DNA of 64,000 bases from SAR86 cluster bacterium (GTDB taxonomy: Bacteria; Pseudomonadota; Gammaproteobacteria; Magnimaribacterales; AG-339-G14), in the NCBI GenBank assembly GCA_023703675.1, contig CP097974.1, positions 1,006,220-1,070,219 on the forward strand, given 5' to 3'. This document shows, one piece after another, positions 1-9,007 of this stretch. Within the stretch, counting starts at the first letter, position 1. Each line of letters starts with the position of its first letter. Made by a program: the position numbers and the translations under genes. The notes below the pieces were generated by a model. It was not told the DNA's origin and made no database searches. It saw nothing but the letters and a program-made list of their open reading frames with translations.

Positions 1-333
1 TTTCTTTTCAGGTTCAGTGGCTTTCTCTTCTAATTGAGACTTTTCTGAATATGAGTTTTCAGCAATTTCTTCTTTAGCAGCTTCTGCTGATTCTTGTGTA
101 TCATTCAATTCTATTTTATCCGAGTTTAAAAGTTCATTAGTGACTTCAAGGCCAGCTAATATCGAAGCCTTCTCTATACTTAAAAACTTTGCTTGCCTTT
201 TAATTTTTCTGATTTTTTTATTTAAGTAATCCGCAGCATTAATTAGGCCGCGTTGCTCGTCCTTGGGGCAATGTAATTGATAATCTACTCCTGCGACTTT
301 AATTGAAATAATTTCTTCTTCGTCTTTACTCAT
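1..333 (-). CDS. zapA: Cell division protein ZapA (N-terminal part; ORF runs off the window start)
   Basis: This ORF is not in the supplied track. My reverse-complement translation from the ATG at 333-331 gives MSKDEEEIISIKVAGVDYQLHCPKDEQRGLINAADYLNKKIRKIKRQAKFLSIEKASILAGLEVTNELL..., which matches the ZapA core, followed by an acidic tail. It has an ATGA start/stop overlap with the upstream 61-aa ORF. Its position next to pepP-ubiH matches E. coli and Pseudomonas. Confidence 0.7.
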   Translation of the reverse strand, partial: MSKDEEEIISIKVAGVDYQLHCPKDEQRGLINAADYLNKKIRKIKRQAKFLSIEKASILAGLEVTNELLNSDKIELNDTQESAEAAKEEIAENSYSEKSQLEEKATEPEKK

Positions 334-515
334 ATTGACTCCAGTTTATCTATTAGATTTTCAATTTTATTTGCAGTTAATTCAAGTTTTTCTTTCAGTT
401 TAAAGTTTTCGTCTTTTAACTTCTGATTCTTATTTCTAAGATCCGTGTTTGCTTCTCTTAGCTTTTTAGACAAAGAAAGTAATTCTTGAACATTATCTTC
501 TAAAGAATTCTTCAT
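330..515 (-). CDS. Small coiled-coil protein upstream of zapA (ZapB-like / small coiled-coil family usually found before zapA)
   Basis: The 61-aa product is almost entirely heptad-like K/E/L/N sequence (LSKKLREANTDLRNKNQKLKDENFKLKEKLE). It is translationally coupled to zapA through an ATGA overlap at 330-333. The function is inferred from context only. Confidence 0.45.
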   Translation of the reverse strand: MKNSLEDNVQELLSLSKKLREANTDLRNKNQKLKDENFKLKEKLELTANKIENLIDKLESI

Positions 516-570
516 AACTTATTCTAATCTTAGTCTTTAACGCATTCCACAATGAGATAAAATGTGACTT

Positions 571-1812
571 ATGGATATTTTTTCAGAAAGAAGACAAGCC
601 TTGCTTGAGAGTTTTAAAGAAAACTCAATAGCGATTCTTTTTGGTTCAGAGGAAATGATAAGAAATGGTGACGTAAACTTTCCGTTCAGACAAAACAGTA
701 ACTTCAGTTATTTAACAAATTTCCCTGAATCTCAATCGATTGCAATTTTAAAAGAAAATGATTTTTTTATTTTTTGTAAGGAGAAAAATAAACTAAAAGA
801 ACAATGGGATGGGGAAATCATAGGGCCAGATAATGTAAAAAAATTTGGCGCTACTAAAGGCATAGCTTTAAAAGACTTTCAAACAAATCTATTAAAAATC
901 ACGAAAGATATTTCAAATATCTACTGCTTTGATTCATCAATTTCTAAATTAAAAAAAATCTTACCTGATTACGAAAATGATTTTCTGTCTTTAGATCTTG
1001 AAGTCTCTAAAATGAGATCAATAAAATCAAATGAAGAACTTGAACTCATAAAAAAAGCCTGCAATATTTCTTCTTTGGCGCACATGCGAGCAATGAGGTC
1101 CGTGCAGCCTGGAATGTATGAATATCAACTAGAAGCTGAATACCTTCATGAATTTATGTCTCATGGAGCCAGAGCATGTGCTTATCCTTCAATCGTTGGA
1201 GGAGGAAAAAACTCTTGCGTGCTTCATTACAATGCCAACAAAGACTTACTTAATGATGGAGAACTAGTTCTAGTAGATGCTGGATGTGAGTATAAAAATT
1301 ATGCAAGTGATATTACAAGAACCTTTCCAATTAATGGAAAATTTTCAAAACCGCAACGAGAAATATACGAAATAGTTCTTGAAGCAAGTGAAAAATCTAT
1401 TGAACAAGTCGTTCCAGGCTCAAATCCATTAAAAGCGCATGATGAATCTGTACGAATTATTAGCCAAGGGCTAAAAGATTTAGGCTTATTAGAAGGAGAT
1501 TTAAACGAAATAATTGAAACAAAGAAATATTTTAATTTTTACATGCATAGGGTTGGACATTATCTTGGTTTAGATGTGCATGACGTAGGTGGGAAAAAAG
1601 AAAATGGCGAATGGACAGACTACGTCCCAGGCATGATTACAACTATTGAGCCTGGTATATACATAAATAATTCTTTGAATGTTCCCGATAAATATAAAAA
1701 TATTGGCATTAGAATTGAAGATAACGTTTTGGTATCAGAAAATAGTTTTGAAGTTTTAACTGATCTAGTCCCAAAAAAAATTAAAGACATCGAGGCTTTA
1801 ATGGATACATGA
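571..1812 (+). CDS. pepP: Xaa-Pro aminopeptidase (M24B)
   Basis: 413 aa. It carries the metal-ligand motifs of M24 peptidases (VDAGCEYKNYASDITRT, HRVGHYLGLDVHD, EPGIY, IRIEDN) and an N-terminal AMP_N-like region. There is an ATGA overlap with the following ubiH-like gene, and the pepP-ubiH adjacency is the same as in E. coli. Confidence 0.9.
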   Translation: MDIFSERRQALLESFKENSIAILFGSEEMIRNGDVNFPFRQNSNFSYLTNFPESQSIAILKENDFFIFCKEKNKLKEQWDGEIIGPDNVKKFGATKGIALKDFQTNLLKITKDISNIYCFDSSISKLKKILPDYENDFLSLDLEVSKMRSIKSNEELELIKKACNISSLAHMRAMRSVQPGMYEYQLEAEYLHEFMSHGARACAYPSIVGGGKNSCVLHYNANKDLLNDGELVLVDAGCEYKNYASDITRTFPINGKFSKPQREIYEIVLEASEKSIEQVVPGSNPLKAHDESVRIISQGLKDLGLLEGDLNEIIETKKYFNFYMHRVGHYLGLDVHDVGGKKENGEWTDYVPGMITTIEPGIYINNSLNVPDKYKNIGIRIEDNVLVSENSFEVLTDLVPKKIKDIEALMDT

Positions 1813-2942
1813 AACATCATGATATTTTAATTGTTGGTTCAGGAGTTATTGGAACCACTCTAGCAAATTCCTTAAAGTCAGACGATTTATCTATCGGAAT
1901 AATTGATTCAGAAGCATCCCCAAAATTTAGTAAAAGACATCTTTCAATAAATTCAAACAGTTTAAATTTTTTAAAAAAGCTGGATCTTTGGCATCTAATT
2001 AAACCTAACGCTTTTCCCTACGAAACTATTAAAGTTTGGGATCAAGAAGGATCTGGATTTATTGAATTTAACTCTGAAGATACAGAAAGGGAAAATTTAG
2101 GACATATTGTCTGCGAAGGTGATATTCAAAAATTTGCGCTTAACGCGCTAAATGAAAAGCAAATATCTTTTTATTGGGAAAATAACTTAGAAGAAATAAA
2201 AAAAGAGAGTTCAGAGATTATATGTAAAACTTCTGGAGACATTTTTAGTTGTAGTATATTAATTGGATGTGACGGAATCAGCTCATCGGTAAGGGGCTTA
2301 GCGAAGTTTAAATCGAGAAGCTGGAGCTACAACCAAACAGCCATAGTTGCAAATTTTAAATCAAATCAAATAGATTCAACAATTAAGCAAACTTTTACTA
2401 AGGTTGGACCCTTGGCTCTTTTACCTATTAATGCGGAAGAGCTAACAATGATTTGGTCAATTGACGATGAATACGCTTTTGAATTTCTTCAAAAAGGTGA
2501 AGAGGAGTTCATTCAATCTATCTACTCACATTTTGGTGAAGAAATTGGAGATCTGTCTTTCTCAACGGTAAGACAAAGTTTCCCTTTGAATCATCTATCT
2601 TCGAAGACATTTGCGAAAAACGGTGTTTTTTTATTGGGTGATGCCGCACATCAAATTCATCCTTTGGCAGGTTTGGGTCTCAATGCCGGGATTGGGGATG
2701 TTATTTGTTTATCAGAATTAATAAATGCCGAAAGCAGTTTAGATTTCGATAAAATTGCTAAGGCATACAATCGAAAAAGAATTCCTATAAACCTTGCTCT
2801 TGCTGCAAGTATGGAAGCCTTTAAAAGAGGATTTGAAAATAAAAATATTTGGGTTAGATTGTTACGAAATACGGCTTTTAAAGTTGCTAACGACATTACT
2901 CCTTTAAAGAAAAGATTTATGCAGCTAGCAACAGAGCTTTAA
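1809..2942 (+). CDS. ubiH: FAD-dependent ubiquinone-biosynthesis hydroxylase (UbiH/UbiF/Coq6 family)
   Basis: 377 aa. It has the N-terminal dinucleotide fold ILIVGSGVIGTT and the C-terminal LLGDAAHQIHPLAGLGLNAGIGDV signature of this family. It lies downstream of pepP. The ring position that it hydroxylates cannot be read from the sequence. Confidence 0.75.
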   Translation: MKHHDILIVGSGVIGTTLANSLKSDDLSIGIIDSEASPKFSKRHLSINSNSLNFLKKLDLWHLIKPNAFPYETIKVWDQEGSGFIEFNSEDTERENLGHIVCEGDIQKFALNALNEKQISFYWENNLEEIKKESSEIICKTSGDIFSCSILIGCDGISSSVRGLAKFKSRSWSYNQTAIVANFKSNQIDSTIKQTFTKVGPLALLPINAEELTMIWSIDDEYAFEFLQKGEEEFIQSIYSHFGEEIGDLSFSTVRQSFPLNHLSSKTFAKNGVFLLGDAAHQIHPLAGLGLNAGIGDVICLSELINAESSLDFDKIAKAYNRKRIPINLALAASMEAFKRGFENKNIWVRLLRNTAFKVANDITPLKKRFMQLATEL

Positions 2943-2945
2943 TAA

Positions 2946-3134
2946 TTAATTTTCGTTGAGTGCATTTTGCTCGTTCATTAAAATGGGTCTCCCATCATGA
3001 GCAGAATTAAGTGGAATTATTTTTCCCTGATATCTGGCACATAAAGTCGGTGCACTTCTTTTTTCAGAGCCCATGTTCACTTCTAGATCAACTAAGATTA
3101 ATTCAACATCTTCAAAAACTTTTAGTATTTTCAT
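2946..3134 (-). CDS. Hypothetical 62-aa protein, last gene of the heme operon
   Basis: The ORF starts 2 nt after the hemJ stop on the same strand and ends 3 nt from the convergent ubiH stop. I recognise no family motif in MKILKVFEDVELILVDLEVNMGSEKRSAPTLCARYQGKIIPLNSAHDGRPILMNEQNALNEN. Coding status rests on the ORF and its tight operon position only. Confidence 0.4.
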   Translation of the reverse strand: MKILKVFEDVELILVDLEVNMGSEKRSAPTLCARYQGKIIPLNSAHDGRPILMNEQNALNEN

Positions 3135-3136
3135 AA

Positions 3137-3559
3137 TTAAAAATTAGGTTTAAAAACAACTAGCCCAACGATGATTATAACTAAAATCGTAGGAACCTCA
3201 TTTATGATTCGAAAAAACCTTTCAGAAAAATTGTTCATATCTCCTTCAAACTTTTTGAGAGAAAAAAATAAAAAGAAATGATATAGAGTCATTAAAAAAA
3301 CAAAAAATATTTTTAAGTTCAACCAAATTTGAGTTCCCTGATAAATAACTAAATATATTCCTGTTAGCCAAACAAATATCATAGCTGGAGTTGCAATCAC
3401 GCCATATAATCTTGATTCCATAACTTTAAAAACACTCGATAACATTTTTTCTTCATTATGTTTTGCGTGATAGACAAATAATCTTGGTAAGTAAAAAAGT
3501 GCTGCCATCCAAGCAATAACTGAAACAATATGTACTGTTGTTATTGTCAGGTAAAGCAT
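3137..3559 (-). CDS. hemJ: Protoporphyrinogen IX oxidase, HemJ type
   Basis: The track ORF (3137-3631) overlaps hemF. The family-typical N-terminus MLYLTITTVHIVSVIAWMAALFYLPRLFVYH begins at the ATG at 3559-3557, 1 nt after the hemF stop. The product is about 140 aa, multi-TM, and matches the HemJ/UPF0093 pattern. Confidence 0.85.
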   Translation of the reverse strand: MLYLTITTVHIVSVIAWMAALFYLPRLFVYHAKHNEEKMLSSVFKVMESRLYGVIATPAMIFVWLTGIYLVIYQGTQIWLNLKIFFVFLMTLYHFFLFFSLKKFEGDMNNFSERFFRIINEVPTILVIIIVGLVVFKPNF

Positions 3560-3560
3560 T

Positions 3561-4385
3561 TTATTCCCATTTAGCCTCGGGAGGCATAGACATAAGAATT
3601 GCCTCAGTTGACCCTCCTGTTTTGAGGCCAAATAAAGTTCCGCGATCCCAAATTAAATTAAACTCAACGTACCTGCCTCTTTTTACTAATTGCTTATCTT
3701 TTTCTTCGTCAGTCCAGTCTAAGTCTTTTTTATTTTTGACTAATTGATTAATAATTTTTAAAGTTTGCCTCCCTACTTCCTTTACAAAATTAAAATCTTT
3801 ATCCCAATCTCCTGTATTTAAGTGATCGAAAAAAATTCCTCCAACACCTCTCGGCTCATTTCTATGTGGAAGATAAAAATATTCATCACAGTTTTTTTTA
3901 AAATCTTCGTAATAATTATTATCATGCTTGTCACATGCGCTTTTTAAACTGGAATGAAAAAAATCTGTATCCTCCTCATTTTCTAAAGTTGGTGTCATAT
4001 CTGTTCCCCCACCAAACCAACTATCTTGAGTAACTAAAAATCTTGTGTTGAAATGAAATGCTGGTATTTTCGGAGACATCATATGCGCAACCAAACTAAT
4101 ACCGGTGGCCCAATATTTTGGTGATCCTTGGGTCCCTTTAACTTGCGTCCTGTAGTCTTCAGAGAATTCTCCAGAGACTGTTGAAATATTCACTCCCACT
4201 TTTTCAAAAACATCTCCTCGCATTACACTCATCTCGCCGCCGCCTTCTCCTTTATGGTTCCAAGATTTTCTGGAGAATTTTTTTTGATCCAATTTCTCAA
4301 AAGATTTGCAAAAGTCATCTCGCAGTGACTTAAACCATTGACTTGCCAACTTTTTTTGAGATTCAATATCCTTATTCAATTCCAT
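3561..4385 (-). CDS. hemF: Oxygen-dependent coproporphyrinogen III oxidase
   Basis: 274 aa. It has the C-terminal signature RGRYVEFNLIWDRGTLFGLKTGGSTEAILMSMPP and the WFGGGTDMTP motif typical of HemF. Confidence 0.92.
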   Translation of the reverse strand: MELNKDIESQKKLASQWFKSLRDDFCKSFEKLDQKKFSRKSWNHKGEGGGEMSVMRGDVFEKVGVNISTVSGEFSEDYRTQVKGTQGSPKYWATGISLVAHMMSPKIPAFHFNTRFLVTQDSWFGGGTDMTPTLENEEDTDFFHSSLKSACDKHDNNYYEDFKKNCDEYFYLPHRNEPRGVGGIFFDHLNTGDWDKDFNFVKEVGRQTLKIINQLVKNKKDLDWTDEEKDKQLVKRGRYVEFNLIWDRGTLFGLKTGGSTEAILMSMPPEAKWE

Positions 4386-5383
4386 AATGAAACTTTTTGT
4401 TCAATAAATGCATTTAAAAATTTTACATGCTGATCTGAATCATTAAGACAATTTATATAAGTGAATTTTTTTCCGCCGGATTCAAGGAAATATTCCTTAT
4501 TTTCTTCGTCTATCTCTTCGATTGTCTCAAGACAATCTACGCTAAAACCTGGAGCAATAACCAAGATATTGCTGCACCCCTCCGAAGGCAATTTTTTCAT
4601 TACGTCACTTGTATATGGTTTGAGCCATTCTGCAGTTCCCAATCTTGACTGGAAAGTTGTTATGAAATTTTCTTCTTTTATGCCTAATTTTTCAGCAACC
4701 AGACGTGAAGTTTTTTGACATAAACAATGATATGGATCCCCTTGATCAAAATACTTCTTTGGAATTCCGTGATAAGTAAAAATAATTTTGTGAGGATTTA
4801 TTTCTTCGAACTTTGACTTAACAGAAGAAGAAATCGCATCAATAAAATTATCGTTATCATGGTAAGAATTAATGAAATTTAAACTTGGAACCCATCTCCA
4901 GGTGCTTATAACCTTTGTAACTTCATCAAAAATACTGCCTGTAGTCGTAGCTGAGTATTGCGGGAAAAGAGGTAAAACTAAAATCTTTCTGCAATTTTTG
5001 TTTTTTAAATTTTCAAGCGCACTTCTGATACTTGGATTTCCGTATCTCATTCCCAGCTCAAAACAAAGATTATCAGGAGAGCTTCTATCCAATTTTTCTT
5101 TTAATCTTTCTGAATAAACCAATAAAGGTGACCCTTCGTCGGTCCAAACTGATTTATAAATTTTTGCAGATTTAAATGGTCTTAAAGTTAATATGAAAAA
5201 ATTTAAAATAAACCACCAAATTATTCTTGGAAGTTCAATAACTCTTTTATCTGATAAAAATTCTCTTAAAAAAATTCTTACATCTGATACAGAATAACTG
5301 TCTGGGGTCCCCAAGTTACAGATCAAAACACCAATTTTCTCTTTGTCCTGATGGGAAAAGTTTTTTTCTCCTTTAAAGCTCAT
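4376..5383 (-). CDS. hemH: Ferrochelatase
   Basis: 335 aa. It shows GVLICNLGTPDS at the N-terminus, PLFPQYSATTTGS, FTYHGIP and a C-terminal SVDCLETIEEID motif. It overlaps hemF by 10 nt and hemE by 4 nt. Confidence 0.92.
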   Translation of the reverse strand: MSFKGEKNFSHQDKEKIGVLICNLGTPDSYSVSDVRIFLREFLSDKRVIELPRIIWWFILNFFILTLRPFKSAKIYKSVWTDEGSPLLVYSERLKEKLDRSSPDNLCFELGMRYGNPSIRSALENLKNKNCRKILVLPLFPQYSATTTGSIFDEVTKVISTWRWVPSLNFINSYHDNDNFIDAISSSVKSKFEEINPHKIIFTYHGIPKKYFDQGDPYHCLCQKTSRLVAEKLGIKEENFITTFQSRLGTAEWLKPYTSDVMKKLPSEGCSNILVIAPGFSVDCLETIEEIDEENKEYFLESGGKKFTYINCLNDSDQHVKFLNAFIEQKVSLWN

Positions 5384-6402
5384 GCGAAGGCCTCTCTAAT
5401 CTCTTTGACAAATGTCTTAACATTCTCTTCAGGCGTCTCTTTTAAAATTCCATGCCCTAGTCCACAAATCCATCCCGCACGCTCTTTTTCATTAAATTTT
5501 AATAATGAACTTATATATTCTTCTAATTTCAACTTCATTTGAGAATTCGGAAGCAACATAAAATTTTCATTAAAATTTCCCTGGATGAAAAAATTCTTTT
5601 TACCCCTAAAGTATTTACTTAAGGGCTCGTTAGAATCAACTCCGAGACCTGCTAAACCAAAGTTTTTTGTTTTAGCAACAGAAACGATATGATCATAATC
5701 GACTTTATCTTTTGCGTAATAACCAATTTTCTTTTCAAACTTTTCGATTAATTGATCAAATATTAAGTTTATATAAATCTTGAAATCATCATTTTTAAGG
5801 AGGTGTGCAGAAGAATCAAAAATCATTACTACTTCAGCTCCGGCATTTATTTGCATTTCTATATTTTCTGAAAGCGCTGGAATTATAATTTCTTTTAAAA
5901 TCTTCCATTGGAAGTTAGAGACTTTTAGACTTTTGGAACTTTTGCTCAAGCCCATTGCATAGGCTATGAGCGTCCATGGACCTCCAATAAATCCTATCAA
6001 TGATTTTTCTTGAGGCAATTTTGCTCTAGTTCTCTCCAAAGCTTCACCTTGAAAGGCTAAAGAATTTACATCAAAAGTATTATTAAATATTTCATGTGAA
6101 TTTTCTTCGGTAAGTAATTGGTCAAATTTTGGTCCAGGAGAATAAGTAAGTCCCATTCCTAAGCTTTCCAAAGGAAATAAAATATCACTAAATAAAATTG
6201 CTACATCAAAATCAAAAGATTCTATTGGTCCCAAGGCCGTTTCAGCTGCTAGTGAAGGCGACTTGCAGAGTTCTACAAATGTATTTTTTGTTTTTAAGTT
6301 TTGATAGTGACTATGATACCTACCAGCTTGTCTCATGAACCAAATCGGAGGAACGGATTGGGGAATTTTTTCTAAAGCATTAACAAATTTTTTGTTAGTC
6401 AT
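5380..6402 (-). CDS. hemE: Uroporphyrinogen decarboxylase
   Basis: 340 aa. It has the signature PIWFMRQAGRY near the N-terminus and the FDSSA and GLGHGI motifs. Confidence 0.92.
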   Translation of the reverse strand: MTNKKFVNALEKIPQSVPPIWFMRQAGRYHSHYQNLKTKNTFVELCKSPSLAAETALGPIESFDFDVAILFSDILFPLESLGMGLTYSPGPKFDQLLTEENSHEIFNNTFDVNSLAFQGEALERTRAKLPQEKSLIGFIGGPWTLIAYAMGLSKSSKSLKVSNFQWKILKEIIIPALSENIEMQINAGAEVVMIFDSSAHLLKNDDFKIYINLIFDQLIEKFEKKIGYYAKDKVDYDHIVSVAKTKNFGLAGLGVDSNEPLSKYFRGKKNFFIQGNFNENFMLLPNSQMKLKLEEYISSLLKFNEKERAGWICGLGHGILKETPEENVKTFVKEIREAFA

Positions 6403-6405
6403 AAA

Positions 6406-7401
6406 TTATAAATTTTCAGCTATTTCTAATGCAGCGTAAGTAAGGATGCAATCGGCTCCTGCCCTTTTAAAAGAAATCAAACTTTCTTTCATAACCTCTT
6501 TTGGTAGCCATTCTTTTTCGATAGCGCCTTTTAGCATCGAATATTCACCGCTTACCTGATAGGCAAAAGTAGGTATTTTAAAAGTTTCTTTGACTGCTGA
6601 AATGATATCTAAATAAGGCATTCCAGGTTTAACCATAACGATATCAGCTCCTTCGTTGATATCCATAGCTACTTCATGAAGGGCTTCGGATTTATTTGCA
6701 GGAGACATCTGATAAGTGTCTTTAGTTTTTTTACCAAAATACTTTGCAGATTCAACAGCATCTTTGAATGGCCCATAAAATTTTGAACTATACTTTGCAG
6801 CGTAAGAAAGAATTACTGTATTTTTAAAATTATTTTCTTCAAGACAGTTTCTGATAACTCCGATTCTTCCGTCCATCATATCTGAAGGCGCTATGACGTC
6901 AGCGCCAGCTTTAGCAAGCCCTAATGCTTGCTTTTCAAGCGCATTAAGAGTCAAATCGTTATCGACATCATTGTCCTTTCCTAATACTCCATCATGGCCG
7001 TGATCTGTGTAAGGATCTAAAGCAACATCAGCGATAACGATCAAGTCTGGAAAAGATTCTTTTATTTTAGAAATAGAGATATTTAAAAAGTTATTTTCAT
7101 TTAAAGCCTCTTGCCCTTCTTTATTTTTTTTCTTTTCGTCTACTACCGGAAATACTGCGACTGCCTTTATTCCAGAATCACTTATTTTTTTGATTTCTTC
7201 TTCGATCACATTTGAACCAAGCCTATTTATGCCTGGCATCGAGTCTATGCCTTCATGGCCTGTAAGATTTTCTTTGATAAAAATAGGTTGAATAAGATCA
7301 TCTACTGAAATTCTTGATTCAGCGACCAAAGATCTTAATCCTTTTTTAGAGCGAGTTCTCCTGAGTCTTGTACTCGGAAATGATCTCAATATATCCTTCA
7401 T
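6406..7401 (-). CDS. hemB: Porphobilinogen synthase (ALA dehydratase), Asp-rich Zn-independent type
   Basis: 331 aa. It has RLRRTR near the N-terminus, active-site Lys regions (VMVKPG, SYAAKYSS) and a metal site DVALDPYTDHGHDG. The Asp-rich version of this site resembles the Pseudomonas/plant enzymes rather than the Cys-rich Zn site of E. coli. Confidence 0.92.
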   Translation of the reverse strand: MKDILRSFPSTRLRRTRSKKGLRSLVAESRISVDDLIQPIFIKENLTGHEGIDSMPGINRLGSNVIEEEIKKISDSGIKAVAVFPVVDEKKKNKEGQEALNENNFLNISISKIKESFPDLIVIADVALDPYTDHGHDGVLGKDNDVDNDLTLNALEKQALGLAKAGADVIAPSDMMDGRIGVIRNCLEENNFKNTVILSYAAKYSSKFYGPFKDAVESAKYFGKKTKDTYQMSPANKSEALHEVAMDINEGADIVMVKPGMPYLDIISAVKETFKIPTFAYQVSGEYSMLKGAIEKEWLPKEVMKESLISFKRAGADCILTYAALEIAENL

Positions 7402-7419
7402 AATTATTGGATCGCAATC

Positions 7420-8901
7420 TTACTTTGCTAGCTTAACTTTTTCTAGCCAATCTTGATAATTTTGATAAGGATAAACTTTTCCAGGTATTAACTGGTTTAT
7501 TTCATCAAAAGTTTTACCAATTCCACATGAATGGTTTGCGGTTTCTATCGAAGGAAATTTGTCAAAAACTAATTTAAAAGAACTGGCGCTCATCCAGTAA
7601 AAATGTGAGTTTTCCTCAATATTATCTGGCATTTCTTTTGGAATAAGTTCGTACGTTGAAATTAGGGACAATTTATCTTCCTCAGCATCTTTATGAGAGA
7701 GTTTGTACCATTTGGTTTCGTCAAAAATATCTATGGGAGGATTCTCTTTCTCGCCCAAACTATCTGAAGATCCATTAACCCAAACTCCTTTTTTTGCTAT
7801 CTTCTTCCAAGTCTCAATCCCACTCGTCCAAATTAGGTTTGATTCAGAAATATTGTTAATGTTTTCTAATGCATTTCCTCTACTAACAAAAATTCCGGAG
7901 TTCTCTAACTTAGATAATTTTATTTTATCTTCTGAAAAAGGAATCCTTTCATATAAGCTTGGCGAGTCTTCTAAAGGGAAATAACTAGATACTTCCTTTA
8001 TTTCATTTTGATACTTAAGTTTTGGTTTGAAATAAGTTTCAGATAATTTAAGACCCTGTTCTGTTTCTCCCTTTAAGTAAATCATCTGCCCCTTGGAAGT
8101 ATTAATAGCAGTAACGCCTATTTTTTGATGGCAGCCGCCACCATATTTTTTTAAAATTTGCCTTTCTGTATTAACAGTTTCAAAAACATCCTCATTTTTA
8201 ATTTTTTTTAAAGTATTTTTCACACTTTCGTTTGAAGAAGCGACTTCGATTGCTAAAGCACCTTGCGCGGGCGCTGAAGGGTTTTCTGAAAGAGGAAGCA
8301 GCATCCATTTAAATTTTTTAAAAATAGCAAGTAAATCGGGTTCTTCATCCATGAATTCAGAAGCTTCTATAAGTCTTTTAAGGGCAGCAAAGGCAATCAC
8401 CAAGCCATCGTCGTCAGAATTATAAAATTTTCTTACACGAGTTTGAATGTTTCCTCTTATGTCTTTAAAAATTATTTCTTCAGGTGTCCAAGGAAGAGCA
8501 AAGGGAAGAAAATTGGAAAGATTTTCTTTTCTCCTGGGGGAAGAAGTGAAAATAGTAATATTTTTTTTTCTTATAGAAGAGCTTTTAAAAAAAAGTAAAT
8601 CTCTAGGATCCTCTCTCTCGATTGTAGAGAAAATTTCTGTGCCTTCCAACATTTCAACTGGCAAGTCTTTCCAGGAATGTACTGCAATGTCAGCATTTAA
8701 ATTCAATAATTCCTCTCTAATATCGTTTGTAAAGACTCCTGCATCAGGCATTTGGTGCAAAGGTGTCATTAGATCAATATCTCCTGAAGTTTCTTTTGTA
8801 ATTAATTCAAATTTGAAGTCATCCACCTTTGTATTAATTTTATCTGCAACCAATCTCGCTTGGATTTTTGCTAAAGTACTTTTTCTAGAAATTATTTTCA
8901 T
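7420..8901 (-). CDS. hemC: Hydroxymethylbilane synthase (HemC) with about 200-aa C-terminal HemD-like (uroporphyrinogen-III synthase) extension
   Basis: 493 aa, versus about 310 aa for a stand-alone HemC. The first roughly 295 residues match HemC (SRKSTLAKIQA, TSGDID, DIAVHSWKDLP, EREDPRDLL, IRGNIQTR, cofactor Cys in GGGCHQKIGV). The tail (IFVSRGNAL..LIWTSGIETW.., FYWMSASSFK.., CGIGKTFDEI) resembles the two repeated halves of HemD but is short and divergent. Confidence 0.8.
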   Translation of the reverse strand: MKIISRKSTLAKIQARLVADKINTKVDDFKFELITKETSGDIDLMTPLHQMPDAGVFTNDIREELLNLNADIAVHSWKDLPVEMLEGTEIFSTIEREDPRDLLFFKSSSIRKKNITIFTSSPRRKENLSNFLPFALPWTPEEIIFKDIRGNIQTRVRKFYNSDDDGLVIAFAALKRLIEASEFMDEEPDLLAIFKKFKWMLLPLSENPSAPAQGALAIEVASSNESVKNTLKKIKNEDVFETVNTERQILKKYGGGCHQKIGVTAINTSKGQMIYLKGETEQGLKLSETYFKPKLKYQNEIKEVSSYFPLEDSPSLYERIPFSEDKIKLSKLENSGIFVSRGNALENINNISESNLIWTSGIETWKKIAKKGVWVNGSSDSLGEKENPPIDIFDETKWYKLSHKDAEEDKLSLISTYELIPKEMPDNIEENSHFYWMSASSFKLVFDKFPSIETANHSCGIGKTFDEINQLIPGKVYPYQNYQDWLEKVKLAK

Positions 8902-9007
8902 AATCTTTTATATAACTTATTAATATATAAGGAGTGTAATTATAAAATTTATATCTATTAATTAGTACTTTCATTTATACTCCAAATGTAAGCTATTCTA
9001 TTTTTAA

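Noticed and set aside
3560-3631. Upstream extensions of track ORFs that would create large overlaps. They affect hemJ (to 3631), the FTR1 permease (to 13657, across the tRNA), rsmA (from 35205), rpsU (from 43194), gmk (from 45052), rubredoxin (to 54177) and DUF192 (to 27774).
   Set aside because: In each case the family-typical N-terminus begins at an internal Met, and that Met abuts the neighbouring gene cleanly. The extensions encode non-homologous sequence or overlap a tRNA.
8447-8923. A 158-aa ORF antisense to the 5' part of hemC. It is surprisingly long for an AT-rich genome and could be an overlapping gene.
   Set aside because: Its composition is Ser/Leu/Phe/Ile-rich and low-complexity, as expected from reading the complement of Lys/Glu/Asn-rich sense codons. 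I see no RBS, no recognisable motif, and it fully overlaps a well-supported gene. I treat it as a frame artefact.
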